The translations under genes and the position numbers were made by a program. Below are positions 48,477 through 56,631 of a stretch of DNA of 64,000 bases, in pieces; positions within the stretch are counted from its first letter, which is position 1, and every line of letters begins with the position of its first letter. The stretch is taken from contig JAWLBX010000004.1 of assembly GCA_041687435.1 (NCBI GenBank), positions 157,090 to 221,089 of the forward strand, written 5' to 3'. Below the pieces are notes generated by a model. That model saw nothing but the letters and a program-made list of their open reading frames with translations. It made no database searches and had not been told where the DNA came from. The DNA is from Alphaproteobacteria bacterium. GTDB lineage: Bacteria > Pseudomonadota > Alphaproteobacteria > Bin95.

Positions 48477-49760
48477 TCACGCCAAGGCGGCGGCAACCGA
48501 CCCTGCCACCGCGATCAGGCGTGGGTCTTGCCCGTAGTGGCCGACCAGTTGCAGGCCGATGGGCAGGCCGCCCGGACCCTGGAAAAGGGGCAGGGTGATG
48601 CATGGCAGGTGCAGGCTGGTCCACAGGGCGTTGAAGGTTGCGGGCCCGGTCGATGCCAGCCCCTCCGGCGCTTCGCCGGGCGCGCTGGGGCAAAGGAGAA
48701 CATCCAGATCGCGGCTCGCCACGGCCACCTGCGCGCGATAGATGCCAAGGCCGGCGAGGGCGGCCCGGTACCGGTCCAGTGTCACGCCCAGGCCGTCGTT
48801 GACCCGGCCATTCAGCAACGCAGCCGACAGCTTGTCGCGGTGGTTCAGCCGCTCCCATGCCATGGCGCCCGCGAACTCGTACCCGGCGACGGTGCGGATA
48901 GCGGTTTCGAACGCATCGAAGCCATTCGGCAAATGGAAGTCGCTGACATTGGCGCCTGCCGCAGCTAGCTGGCGTGCGGTGTCTTCGATAAAGCCCTGTG
49001 TCGCCGGGCAGGCCTGATCCCAATAAGGCGTGCGGCAGAGGCCGATTTTCAGGTCGCCAATGGCGGGCGGGGAGAGTTCTGACAGCGGTTCGGTCGTTGC
49101 GGCGGCGCGGATCAGAGGCAAGTCCTCGACCGCGCGGGCCATGATGCCGACCGTGTCGAAACTGCGGACATTGCCGCGCACGCCCTCCGTGTTGATCTCG
49201 CCCCAGGAGGGCTTGTAGCCGACCACGCCGCAATAGGCGGCCGGGCGGATCACACTGCCGGCCGTCTGCGTGCCGAAGGCCCAGGGCACCATGCCCGCGC
49301 CAACCGCCGCCGCCGAACCGCTGGAGGAGCCACCGGGCGTGTGCGACGGGTTCAGCGGGTGGCGCGTCTGGTTTGGGTGAACGTGGGCAAATTCGGTTGT
49401 CACGGTTTTGCCCAGCAACACCCCGCCATTGTGGCGGACATAGGCTACGCAGGCGGCATCCGCCGTGGGCTGCCGGCCCTTGTGGATGGGCGAGCCGTGC
49501 TCGGTCGGCAGGTCGTGGCTGTCGATGATGTCCTTCACACCGAACGGCACGCCATGCAGCACGCCATGGCGCGGGCCCTTGTCCCGCGTGCGCGCCTCGG
49601 CCAGTGCCTGATCGCGCGCGAGGTATGCCCAGGCCTGCACCTCCGGCTCGCGCTCGGCGATGCGGTCCAGATGGGCGGCCGTGACGGCCTCGCAGGTGAC
49701 ATCGCCAGCGTCGATGGTCGAGGCCGCCGTGCGGGCGCTGATGGAGCAGGCATCTTGCAT
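48477..49760 (-). CDS. Amidase (amidase-signature family)
   Basis: Start refined to MQDACSISARTAAS (ATG 49758-49760). Carries the AS signature GGSSSGSAAAVGAGMVPWAFGTQTAGSVIRPAAYCGVVGYKPSWG. Confidence 0.85.
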   Translation of the reverse strand: MQDACSISARTAASTIDAGDVTCEAVTAAHLDRIAEREPEVQAWAYLARDQALAEARTRDKGPRHGVLHGVPFGVKDIIDSHDLPTEHGSPIHKGRQPTADAACVAYVRHNGGVLLGKTVTTEFAHVHPNQTRHPLNPSHTPGGSSSGSAAAVGAGMVPWAFGTQTAGSVIRPAAYCGVVGYKPSWGEINTEGVRGNVRSFDTVGIMARAVEDLPLIRAAATTEPLSELSPPAIGDLKIGLCRTPYWDQACPATQGFIEDTARQLAAAGANVSDFHLPNGFDAFETAIRTVAGYEFAGAMAWERLNHRDKLSAALLNGRVNDGLGVTLDRYRAALAGLGIYRAQVAVASRDLDVLLCPSAPGEAPEGLASTGPATFNALWTSLHLPCITLPLFQGPGGLPIGLQLVGHYGQDPRLIAVAGSVAAALA

Positions 49761-49842
49761 GGTGGGAGAACTTCCCCGATTGGATTCAATGCCGCTAGTA
49801 TTTCCTGCCCAGGCAAAGAAAACAATCCGGGAGACCGCCGCG

Positions 49843-50790
49843 ATGCCCCGCCCCATCACCCTTGCCGGCGCGCAACTTGGCCCGATCCACAGGGCGGACA
49901 GCCGGGAAAGCGTGGTCAGGCGCCTTTGCGACCTGATGCGCCGGGCGCATGGCAAGGGTGCGCATCTGGTCGTGTTCCCGGAAATGGCGCTGACCACCTT
50001 TTTCCCGCGATGGTACATGGAAGATCAGGCGGAGGTCGATTCCTGGTTCGAGACGGAAATGCCGAACGCGGCCACCCGGCCGCTGTTCGAACTCGCCGCC
50101 AGCCTGAAGATCAGCTTCTACCTGGGCTATGCGGAGAAGTGCGTCGAGGGCGGCGAGACCCACCGCTACAACACCTCCATCCTGGTGGACCGGGACGGCA
50201 AAATCGTCGGCAAGTACCGCAAGGTGCACCTGCCGGGCCATTCCGAGTATGTGTCAAGCTATCCCTGGCAGCACCTGGAAAAGCGCTATTTCGAGGTCGG
50301 CAATCTGGGTTTCCCGGTCTGGCGGACGATGGGTGGCATCATGGGCATGTGCCTCTGCAACGATCGCCGCTGGCCGGAAACCTACCGTGTCATGGGCCTG
50401 CAGGGGGTGGAGGTCGTGATGCTCGGCTACAACACGCCGACCCAGAACCGCGAGAGCAACACCATCGAACCGCCGCACCTGCGCATGATGCACAACCAGA
50501 TGAGCATGCAGATGGGCGCCTATCAGAACGGCTGCTGGGTGGTTGGCGTTGCCAAGGCGGGAGCGGAGGACGGGTTCGACATGATGGGCGGCAGCGTGAT
50601 CTGCGCGCCATCGGGCGAGATCGTGGCTATGGCCCGCACGCTGGGCGACGAGCTGATCGTCACCGATGCGGACCTGGACGATTGCACCTTCAACAAGACC
50701 ACGATCTTCAACTTCGCCGCCCACCGCCGGCCGGAGGCCTACGGCATCATCACGAGTCAGGCCGGCGCCACGCCGCCGCCGGAGGAGTGA
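49843..50790 (+). CDS. N-carbamoyl-D-amino acid hydrolase (D-carbamoylase), CN-hydrolase family
   Basis: 315 aa, near-collinear with Agrobacterium D-carbamoylase (FPEMALTTFFPRW, NTSILVDRDGKIVGKYRKVHLPGH, CNDRRWPE with the catalytic Cys, GYNTPT). Start ATG 49843. Confidence 0.85.
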   Translation: MPRPITLAGAQLGPIHRADSRESVVRRLCDLMRRAHGKGAHLVVFPEMALTTFFPRWYMEDQAEVDSWFETEMPNAATRPLFELAASLKISFYLGYAEKCVEGGETHRYNTSILVDRDGKIVGKYRKVHLPGHSEYVSSYPWQHLEKRYFEVGNLGFPVWRTMGGIMGMCLCNDRRWPETYRVMGLQGVEVVMLGYNTPTQNRESNTIEPPHLRMMHNQMSMQMGAYQNGCWVVGVAKAGAEDGFDMMGGSVICAPSGEIVAMARTLGDELIVTDADLDDCTFNKTTIFNFAAHRRPEAYGIITSQAGATPPPEE

Positions 50791-50795
50791 GGGCG

Positions 50796-52049
50796 ATGAC
50801 CGCCTCCACACAATCCACGGCGGAGCCGAGCCTGGGCCGGATCATGCTGCTGGTGCTGTTGCCGTTCGGCAGCGGCTATTTCCTCTCCTACCTGTTCCGG
50901 GCGGTCAACGCCGTGGTCGCGCCGGATCTGGTGCGGGATATTGAGCTTTCCGCCAGCAGCCTCGGCCTGCTGACCGCCGCCTATCTGTTCGCGTTTGCGG
51001 CCTTCCAACTGCCGCTCGGCATCCTGTTGGACCGGTTCGGTCCCCGGCGGGTGCAGACCGGCCTGTTGCTGACCGCCGGCATCGGCGCTCTTTTGTTCAG
51101 TGTGGCCGAAAGCGAGATCGCCCTGATCGCCGCCCGCGCCATGATCGGCCTGGGCTTCGCCGGTGGCCTAATGGCCAGTTTCAAGGCGGTGGCGGAATGG
51201 GCGCCGCCGGGGCGCATGCCGCTGCTCAACTCCTGGGTGATGGCATTCGGCGGCATCGGCGTGATGGCGGCCAGCACGCCCGCCGATCTGGCCGTGCAGG
51301 CCTTCGGCTGGCGTGCAGTGTTCGTGGCGCTTGCCTGTGTGACGGTGCTGGTCGCGCTCGCGATCTGGACCATCGTGCCGCGGCGGGGCGAGACACGGCA
51401 GGCGAGCGGCGAGGCCTTTGGCGACCAACTGAAGGCGCTCGGCCAGATCTATTCGGACCGGGAGTTCTGGCGGGTCGTGCCGGTGATCGCCACCACCTGC
51501 GGCAGCCATATCGCAATCCAGACCTTGTGGGCCGGGCCATGGCTGGCGGATGTCGGCGGTCTCGGCCGGGATATGGTGGCGATGACACTCACGCTGATGG
51601 CGGTGTCCTTCACCATCGGCATTCTCGGTGGCGGTGCGCTGGCGGACTGGGTGCGCCGCTTCGGTCACGGACCGCTCACCATCATGGCGGTGGCGACGGT
51701 GATCTATATTGTCAGCGTCGCCGGGCTCCTGGTTCTGCCGGTGACGTGGATGCTGCCGCTCTGGATCGTGTTTGCGGCGACCGGGCAGTTGGGCGTGCTG
51801 GGCTATCCGCACCTTTCCGAATATTTCGGCACCGCGCTGGCCGGGCGGGCCGGCACGGCGGTCAACCTGCTGGTGTTCGGCACGGCCTTTGCGATCCAGT
51901 ACGGCATCGGCGGGGTGCTCGACCTGTGGCCGGGCGGGGGCGACTACCCGCCGGAAGCCTATGCGACGGCGTTCGGCATCGTGCTGGGGCTGATGGTGGT
52001 GTCCTTCGCCTGGATGCTGCTCGGCAAGCCGGCCTCCAGCAGGCGTTAG
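50796..52049 (+). CDS. MFS transporter
   Basis: 417 aa from MTASTQ with 12 predicted TM segments and the MFS motif LPLGILLDRFGPRRV between TM2 and TM3. It is the in-frame 3' portion of the artefactual 49341..52049 ORF. Confidence 0.8.
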   Translation: MTASTQSTAEPSLGRIMLLVLLPFGSGYFLSYLFRAVNAVVAPDLVRDIELSASSLGLLTAAYLFAFAAFQLPLGILLDRFGPRRVQTGLLLTAGIGALLFSVAESEIALIAARAMIGLGFAGGLMASFKAVAEWAPPGRMPLLNSWVMAFGGIGVMAASTPADLAVQAFGWRAVFVALACVTVLVALAIWTIVPRRGETRQASGEAFGDQLKALGQIYSDREFWRVVPVIATTCGSHIAIQTLWAGPWLADVGGLGRDMVAMTLTLMAVSFTIGILGGGALADWVRRFGHGPLTIMAVATVIYIVSVAGLLVLPVTWMLPLWIVFAATGQLGVLGYPHLSEYFGTALAGRAGTAVNLLVFGTAFAIQYGIGGVLDLWPGGGDYPPEAYATAFGIVLGLMVVSFAWMLLGKPASSRR

Positions 52050-53251
52050 GCGATCGTCACGATGTCACGGTTGGCGAGACCCTCGACCTGCCCCTCCGCG
52101 TAGCCGGCGACGTCGCGCAGCACCTCCAGCGTGTGCTGGCCCAGCAGCGGCGCGCCGGCGGGTGCGCGGGCCGGCGTTCCGGTCATGGCGATAGCGGAGC
52201 GGAGCGTCGGCACCGCGCCTTCGGTTGGATGCGGAGCACTGACGATCATGCCGCGGGCGGCCGTTTCCTCCGACTCCAGCGCTTGGCCAGGCGTGCGGAT
52301 TGCGCCGGCGGGAATGCCGGCCTTGCGCAGCCGCGCGATCCAATCCTCCGTCATGGCCTTGCCGAACACGGCATCCATCTCCGCCTTCAGTTCGACGTGG
52401 TTGGCGACGCGGTCGGCGTTCGTCGCAAATCGCGGATCGTCGGCCAGATCCTCGCGCCCTATGCCATCGCGGCAGAGCCGCTGCCACATGCGGTCGCCAG
52501 CGGCGCAGAGCACGAACGGGCCGTCCATCGCTTCGTAGACGTTGAGCGGCTGGGCCACGCGGCTGGAATTGCCGATACGGGTCTCGTCCGTGCCTTCCAT
52601 CAGATAGCGCGCCGCATAGGGCATCATGGTCGAGAGGGCCGAGTCGTAGAGCGGCACGTCAATGCGCTGGCCCTTGCCGGTGCGGTCGCGGGCATAGAGT
52701 GCGGCCAGCACCGCCTGCGTCAGATACTGCCCCGCCATGATATCGAACAGGGAGACGCCCATGCGCGTCGGCGGGCCGTCCGGATCGCCGGTCATCGCCA
52801 TCATGCCGACCTCCGCCTGGGCGATGGGGTCGTAGCCGCCCAGGTCCGCCAGCGGTCCGGTGCGGCCATAGCCGGAGATCGAGCCGAAGATCAGGCGGGG
52901 GTTGTCTTGCGCCAGCGTCTCGTAACCGAGGCCGTAGCGTTCCAGCGCGCCGGTGCGCATGCTTTCGACCACCACATCGCACTTGGCCGCCAGCGCCCGA
53001 ACCGCAATCGCGCCTTCCGGCTGGGTGATGTCGATGGCCAGCGAGCGCTTGTTGCGGTTGATCGCCATGAAATACGGCGATTCCCGCTCGCTGCCGGCGG
53101 GGCGGTAGGACCGGGTTTCGTCGCCGCCGTCCGGGTTTTCCACCTTGAAGACTTCGGCGCCGAGGTCGGCCAGCATCATCGTGCAGAACGGCCCGGCCAG
53201 CACCCGGGTCAGGTCCAGAATGCGCACGCCGGCAAGTGCGGTTTCGGCCAT
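52046..53251 (-). CDS. Family III CoA-transferase (CaiB/BaiF), paralog 1
   Basis: 401 aa from MAETALAGVRILDLTRVLAGPFCTMMLADLGAEV (ATG 53249-53251), a canonical CaiB/BaiF N-terminus. Confidence 0.85.
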   Translation of the reverse strand: MAETALAGVRILDLTRVLAGPFCTMMLADLGAEVFKVENPDGGDETRSYRPAGSERESPYFMAINRNKRSLAIDITQPEGAIAVRALAAKCDVVVESMRTGALERYGLGYETLAQDNPRLIFGSISGYGRTGPLADLGGYDPIAQAEVGMMAMTGDPDGPPTRMGVSLFDIMAGQYLTQAVLAALYARDRTGKGQRIDVPLYDSALSTMMPYAARYLMEGTDETRIGNSSRVAQPLNVYEAMDGPFVLCAAGDRMWQRLCRDGIGREDLADDPRFATNADRVANHVELKAEMDAVFGKAMTEDWIARLRKAGIPAGAIRTPGQALESEETAARGMIVSAPHPTEGAVPTLRSAIAMTGTPARAPAGAPLLGQHTLEVLRDVAGYAEGQVEGLANRDIVTIA

Positions 53252-53351
53252 GGCGATGGTCTCCCAAAGAATATTGCCGGCAAGCATTGCCGCTTGCCGC
53301 CGCATCTGCAATCGTTTCCGCGTTTCACACCGCAAACGGGAGCCCATCCAG

Positions 53352-53543
53352 ATGGCCGGCGATAAACAGAACATCAGCTTCGAGATCCAACCGGACGCCC
53401 AGGCGTTCCTCGACGAGATGGTTGGCAAGTACGACCTGCCGGACCGAGGCAAGGCCCTGCGCGCGCTGATCGACTACGCCATGGAGGATGGCGACCCGGA
53501 CGTGATTTTCGGCGAAATCCGCTGCCTGCGCTGCGAGGATTGA
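53352..53543 (+). CDS. Small hypothetical protein (63 aa), possibly ribbon-helix-helix-like; ends in CLRCED
   Basis: ATG 53352 with a GGGAG SD. Gives MAGDKQNISFEIQPDAQAFLDEMVGKYDLPDRGKALRALIDYAMEDGD..., a beta-strand then two helices as in RHH/CopG folds. Immediately upstream of creA. Confidence 0.4.
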   Translation: MAGDKQNISFEIQPDAQAFLDEMVGKYDLPDRGKALRALIDYAMEDGDPDVIFGEIRCLRCED

Positions 53544-53552
53544 CCGGTTCCG

Positions 53553-54062
53553 ATGATGTTGAAAACATTGCGCGGCGCGGGCCTGGCGCTCTCGCTGCTG
53601 CTGCCGTTGCAGGCAGGTCAGGCCGACGAGATCGGCCGGGTCGATACCGCCTTCAACTGGGTGGGTTCGAACAAGCACATCGCGGTGGAGGCGTTCGACG
53701 ATCCGAAGGTGGATGGCGTCACCTGCTATCTTTCCATGGCGCGCAAGGGCGGCATTTCCGGCGCCATTGGCGTGGCGGAGGAAACGTCTGACGCCTCTAT
53801 CGCCTGCCGGCAGGTCGGCCCAATCGAATTTCGTGAGCCGATTTCCGGCGACGGGGAGGGAGAAGAGGTTTTCCGCGAAAGCCGCAGCTTCCTCTTTAAG
53901 AAGCTGCGTGTCGTCCGCTTTTGGGATGCCAAGCGCAAGGTGTTGGTGTACCTGACCTATTCCGACAAGCTGATCGATGGTTCGCCCAAGAATGGCATCA
54001 CCGCGGTCGCACTAATGCCCTGGGGTGCCGAGCCGCCGGGCGAAGTGAAGATTGACCGATAG
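53553..54062 (+). CDS. creA: CreA family periplasmic protein
   Basis: Signal peptide plus the conserved CreA core FDDPKVDGVTCYLSMARKGGISGAIGVAEETSDASIACRQVGPI. Confidence 0.7.
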   Translation: MMLKTLRGAGLALSLLLPLQAGQADEIGRVDTAFNWVGSNKHIAVEAFDDPKVDGVTCYLSMARKGGISGAIGVAEETSDASIACRQVGPIEFREPISGDGEGEEVFRESRSFLFKKLRVVRFWDAKRKVLVYLTYSDKLIDGSPKNGITAVALMPWGAEPPGEVKIDR

Positions 54063-54100
54063 GACGGATGCGGGTCGGTAAGGCGTGCATATCCGCCAGC

Positions 54101-55270
54101 CTATGTCAGTGCGGCAATCTCCGCCTTGCTGAAGCCCGCCTCGCGCAGCACCTCCGCCGTGTGCTCGCCCGGTGACGGCGGCAGGCTGGTCAGTTTCGGA
54201 CCGCCATGTTCGAAGGCAAAGCCGCCGCCCATCAGCTTCAAGCCGTCGATCTCCTGCATGCCGGAAGTGCGGTAGGCGTGCTGGGGGTGTTCCACCACCT
54301 CCGGAATGGTCCAGATCTTGGAACAGGGGCAGCCGGCCTTGTTAAGCCTGTCATCCCATTCGGCAGCGGTGGCGGTGGCGAACACCCCGTTCAGGAGGGC
54401 CTGGAGTTCGGCGGCATTTTCCTTGCGTCTGTCCCAGTCGGCAAAGCGCGGGTCGGTCAGCAGGTCCTGCCGCTCCGTGACGCGGGCGAGGGCCTCGTAC
54501 TGGCCATCGGTGTTGCACGCGAGGAGAAAGTGCCCGTCCTTTGCCTGGAACAGGTCGGCGGTCGGGCGGCGGCTGACGGCCATGTTGCCGTATTGCACCG
54601 GATTGAAGCCGGTAAAGGTCCAGTCCGCAACGGTCGGTGACAGGAAGCTCAAGGCCGAATCCAGCATTGAGACATCGACCAACTGCCCCTTGCCGGTCGC
54701 CTGCCGCTGGAACAACGCGGCTGCAACGGCAAAGGCCGCCGTCATGCCCGCCGCTGCATCGACCACGGCGAAGCCGGCGCGTGTCGGGCCTTTGTCGGGA
54801 TGGCCGGTGATCGACATGATGCCGCTGATCGCCTGGATCTTGCCGTCATAGGCCGGTGTCTTGGCATCCGGCCCGACGCGGCCGAAGCCGGAGACGGCGG
54901 CATAGATCAGGCGCGGGTTGATCTGTTTCAACACATCCCAGCCGATGCCGAGCCTATCCATCACGCCCGGTCGGAAATTCTCCATCACGACATCGGCGGT
55001 GGCGGCCAGCTTTTTGACCGCTGCGATGGCTTTCGGATCTTTCAGGTCCAGGCAGATTCCGCGTTTGTTTCCGTTCGAACTGATATAGATCGGCGAGGTG
55101 GTGTCGCCCTTCGGGCCGGTTGCGCCGTTGGTGGTGCGAGAGTCCTCGCCGCCGGGCTTTTCGATCTTGATGACGTCCGCACCCAGCAGGGCCAATTGAT
55201 AACTGGCATAAGGGCCGGCAAAGACCTGGGTGAAGTCCAGCACACGGATGCCGGTGAAGGGTTGTGTCAT
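54101..55270 (-). CDS. Family III CoA-transferase (CaiB/BaiF), paralog 2
   Basis: MTQPFTGIRVLDFTQVFAGPYASYQLALLGADVIKIE N-terminus; 389 aa. Confidence 0.85.
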   Translation of the reverse strand: MTQPFTGIRVLDFTQVFAGPYASYQLALLGADVIKIEKPGGEDSRTTNGATGPKGDTTSPIYISSNGNKRGICLDLKDPKAIAAVKKLAATADVVMENFRPGVMDRLGIGWDVLKQINPRLIYAAVSGFGRVGPDAKTPAYDGKIQAISGIMSITGHPDKGPTRAGFAVVDAAAGMTAAFAVAAALFQRQATGKGQLVDVSMLDSALSFLSPTVADWTFTGFNPVQYGNMAVSRRPTADLFQAKDGHFLLACNTDGQYEALARVTERQDLLTDPRFADWDRRKENAAELQALLNGVFATATAAEWDDRLNKAGCPCSKIWTIPEVVEHPQHAYRTSGMQEIDGLKLMGGGFAFEHGGPKLTSLPPSPGEHTAEVLREAGFSKAEIAALT

Positions 55271-55371
55271 GGGGGGGAACGCGCCTCTCCGTTGAACGGC
55301 CGCAAAGAGGCGCTATGCTGCCTGCGAGAGTGATACGACACAAGGTCTCCTGAGACGAAGGCGAGGAAACG

Positions 55372-56523
55372 ATGAGTGGTCCGTTGACAGGCGTCAAAGT
55401 GGTGGAATTTGCAGGCATCGGTCCGGGTCCGTTTGCCTGCATGATGCTGGCCGACATGGGAGCGGAGGTCATCCGCATCGACCGTGCGGCGAATGTCGGC
55501 AAGGAAGGCGCTGCCGATCCGAAATACAACAACCTGCTGCGCGGCCGCAAAAACGTCGCCATCGACCTGAAAAACCCGGAAGGCGTCGAACTGGCGCTGC
55601 AGCTCTGCGACAAGGCCGATATTTTGATCGAAGGCTTCCGCCCGGGCGTGATGGAGCGGCTGGGCCTTGGGCCGGATGTGGTGCTCAAGCGCAACCCGAA
55701 AATCGTGTTCGGCCGCATGACCGGCTGGGGCCAGGACGGACCGATTGCGCACACGGCCGGCCACGACATCAACTATATCTCGCTATCCGGCGCGCTGCAC
55801 TCCATTGGCCCGAAAGACGGCCCGCCGGTGCCGCCATTGAACCTGGTGGGCGATTTTGGCGGCGGTGCGCTCTACATGGTTGTCGGTGCGCTGGCGGCTT
55901 ATATCGAGGCTCAGAAATCCGGCCAGGGCCAAGTGGTCGATACCTCTATGGTGGAGGGGTCCGCCTCGCTCATGACATCCATGTACGGCGCACTGGCCGC
56001 GGGCGCCTGGGACGACCGGCGCGGTTACAACCGCCTGGACGGCGGCGCGCACTATTACGGACCTTACGAATGCAAGGACGGCAAGTATATCTCCATCGGC
56101 TCTATCGAGCCGCAATTCTATGCGCTGCTGCTGGAGAAAACCGGCCTGAAGGGTACGAATATGCCCGACCAGAGCGACCGATCTGCCTGGGACGTGAATC
56201 GGGAGACGCTGAAAGAGGTGTTCCTAACCAAAACCCGCGCGGAATGGCAGGCCATCATGGAGGATAGCGATGTCTGTTTCGGCGCCGTCCTCAGCATGGG
56301 CGAGGCGATGGAGCATCCGCACAATGTCGCCCGCGGCACCTTCATCGAGGTCGATGGCTTCAAGCAGCCGGGGCCGGCGCCGAAATTCACCCGCACTCCC
56401 AGTAAGACGTCGCGCGGCGTCGCCCATGCCGGCGAGCACTCGAAAGAAGGCCTGGCCGACTGGGGCTTCGCCGCTGCGGAAATCGACCGGCTGGCGGCTG
56501 CCGGCGCGATCAAGCAGCGTTAG
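55372..56523 (+). CDS. Family III CoA-transferase, alpha-methylacyl-CoA racemase (AMACR)-like paralog 3
   Basis: [56 protein letters not shown] pattern closest to the MCR/AMACR subgroup of family III. Confidence 0.8.
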   Translation: MSGPLTGVKVVEFAGIGPGPFACMMLADMGAEVIRIDRAANVGKEGAADPKYNNLLRGRKNVAIDLKNPEGVELALQLCDKADILIEGFRPGVMERLGLGPDVVLKRNPKIVFGRMTGWGQDGPIAHTAGHDINYISLSGALHSIGPKDGPPVPPLNLVGDFGGGALYMVVGALAAYIEAQKSGQGQVVDTSMVEGSASLMTSMYGALAAGAWDDRRGYNRLDGGAHYYGPYECKDGKYISIGSIEPQFYALLLEKTGLKGTNMPDQSDRSAWDVNRETLKEVFLTKTRAEWQAIMEDSDVCFGAVLSMGEAMEHPHNVARGTFIEVDGFKQPGPAPKFTRTPSKTSRGVAHAGEHSKEGLADWGFAAAEIDRLAAAGAIKQR

Positions 56524-56585
56524 GTTTCCGATGATGCGCTCGCGGCCACCAGCGGGGGGGCGGTTCTATTGTCCTTATTGTCTGA

Positions 56586-56606
56586 GCCCCGGCCTTGAGC
56601 CGGGGT
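56586..56606. terminator. GC-rich hairpin between convergent genes (possible bidirectional terminator; no U-tract)
   Basis: GCCCCGGC-CTTGA-GCCGGGGT, an 8-bp stem, sits between the CoA-transferase stop (56523) and the S8 peptidase stop (56632). Confidence 0.35.
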
Positions 56607-56631
56607 CCGTACGATCCGGCGTTTGCCAAGC

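Noticed and set aside
49341-52049. 902-aa plus-strand ORF spanning the amidase, carbamoylase and MFS region
   Set aside because: It is a composite artefact. Its 5' third is antisense to the amidase and its middle overlaps the D-carbamoylase out of frame. Only the last 417 codons (from ATG 50796) form a coherent MFS transporter with an SD-like context and independent start.
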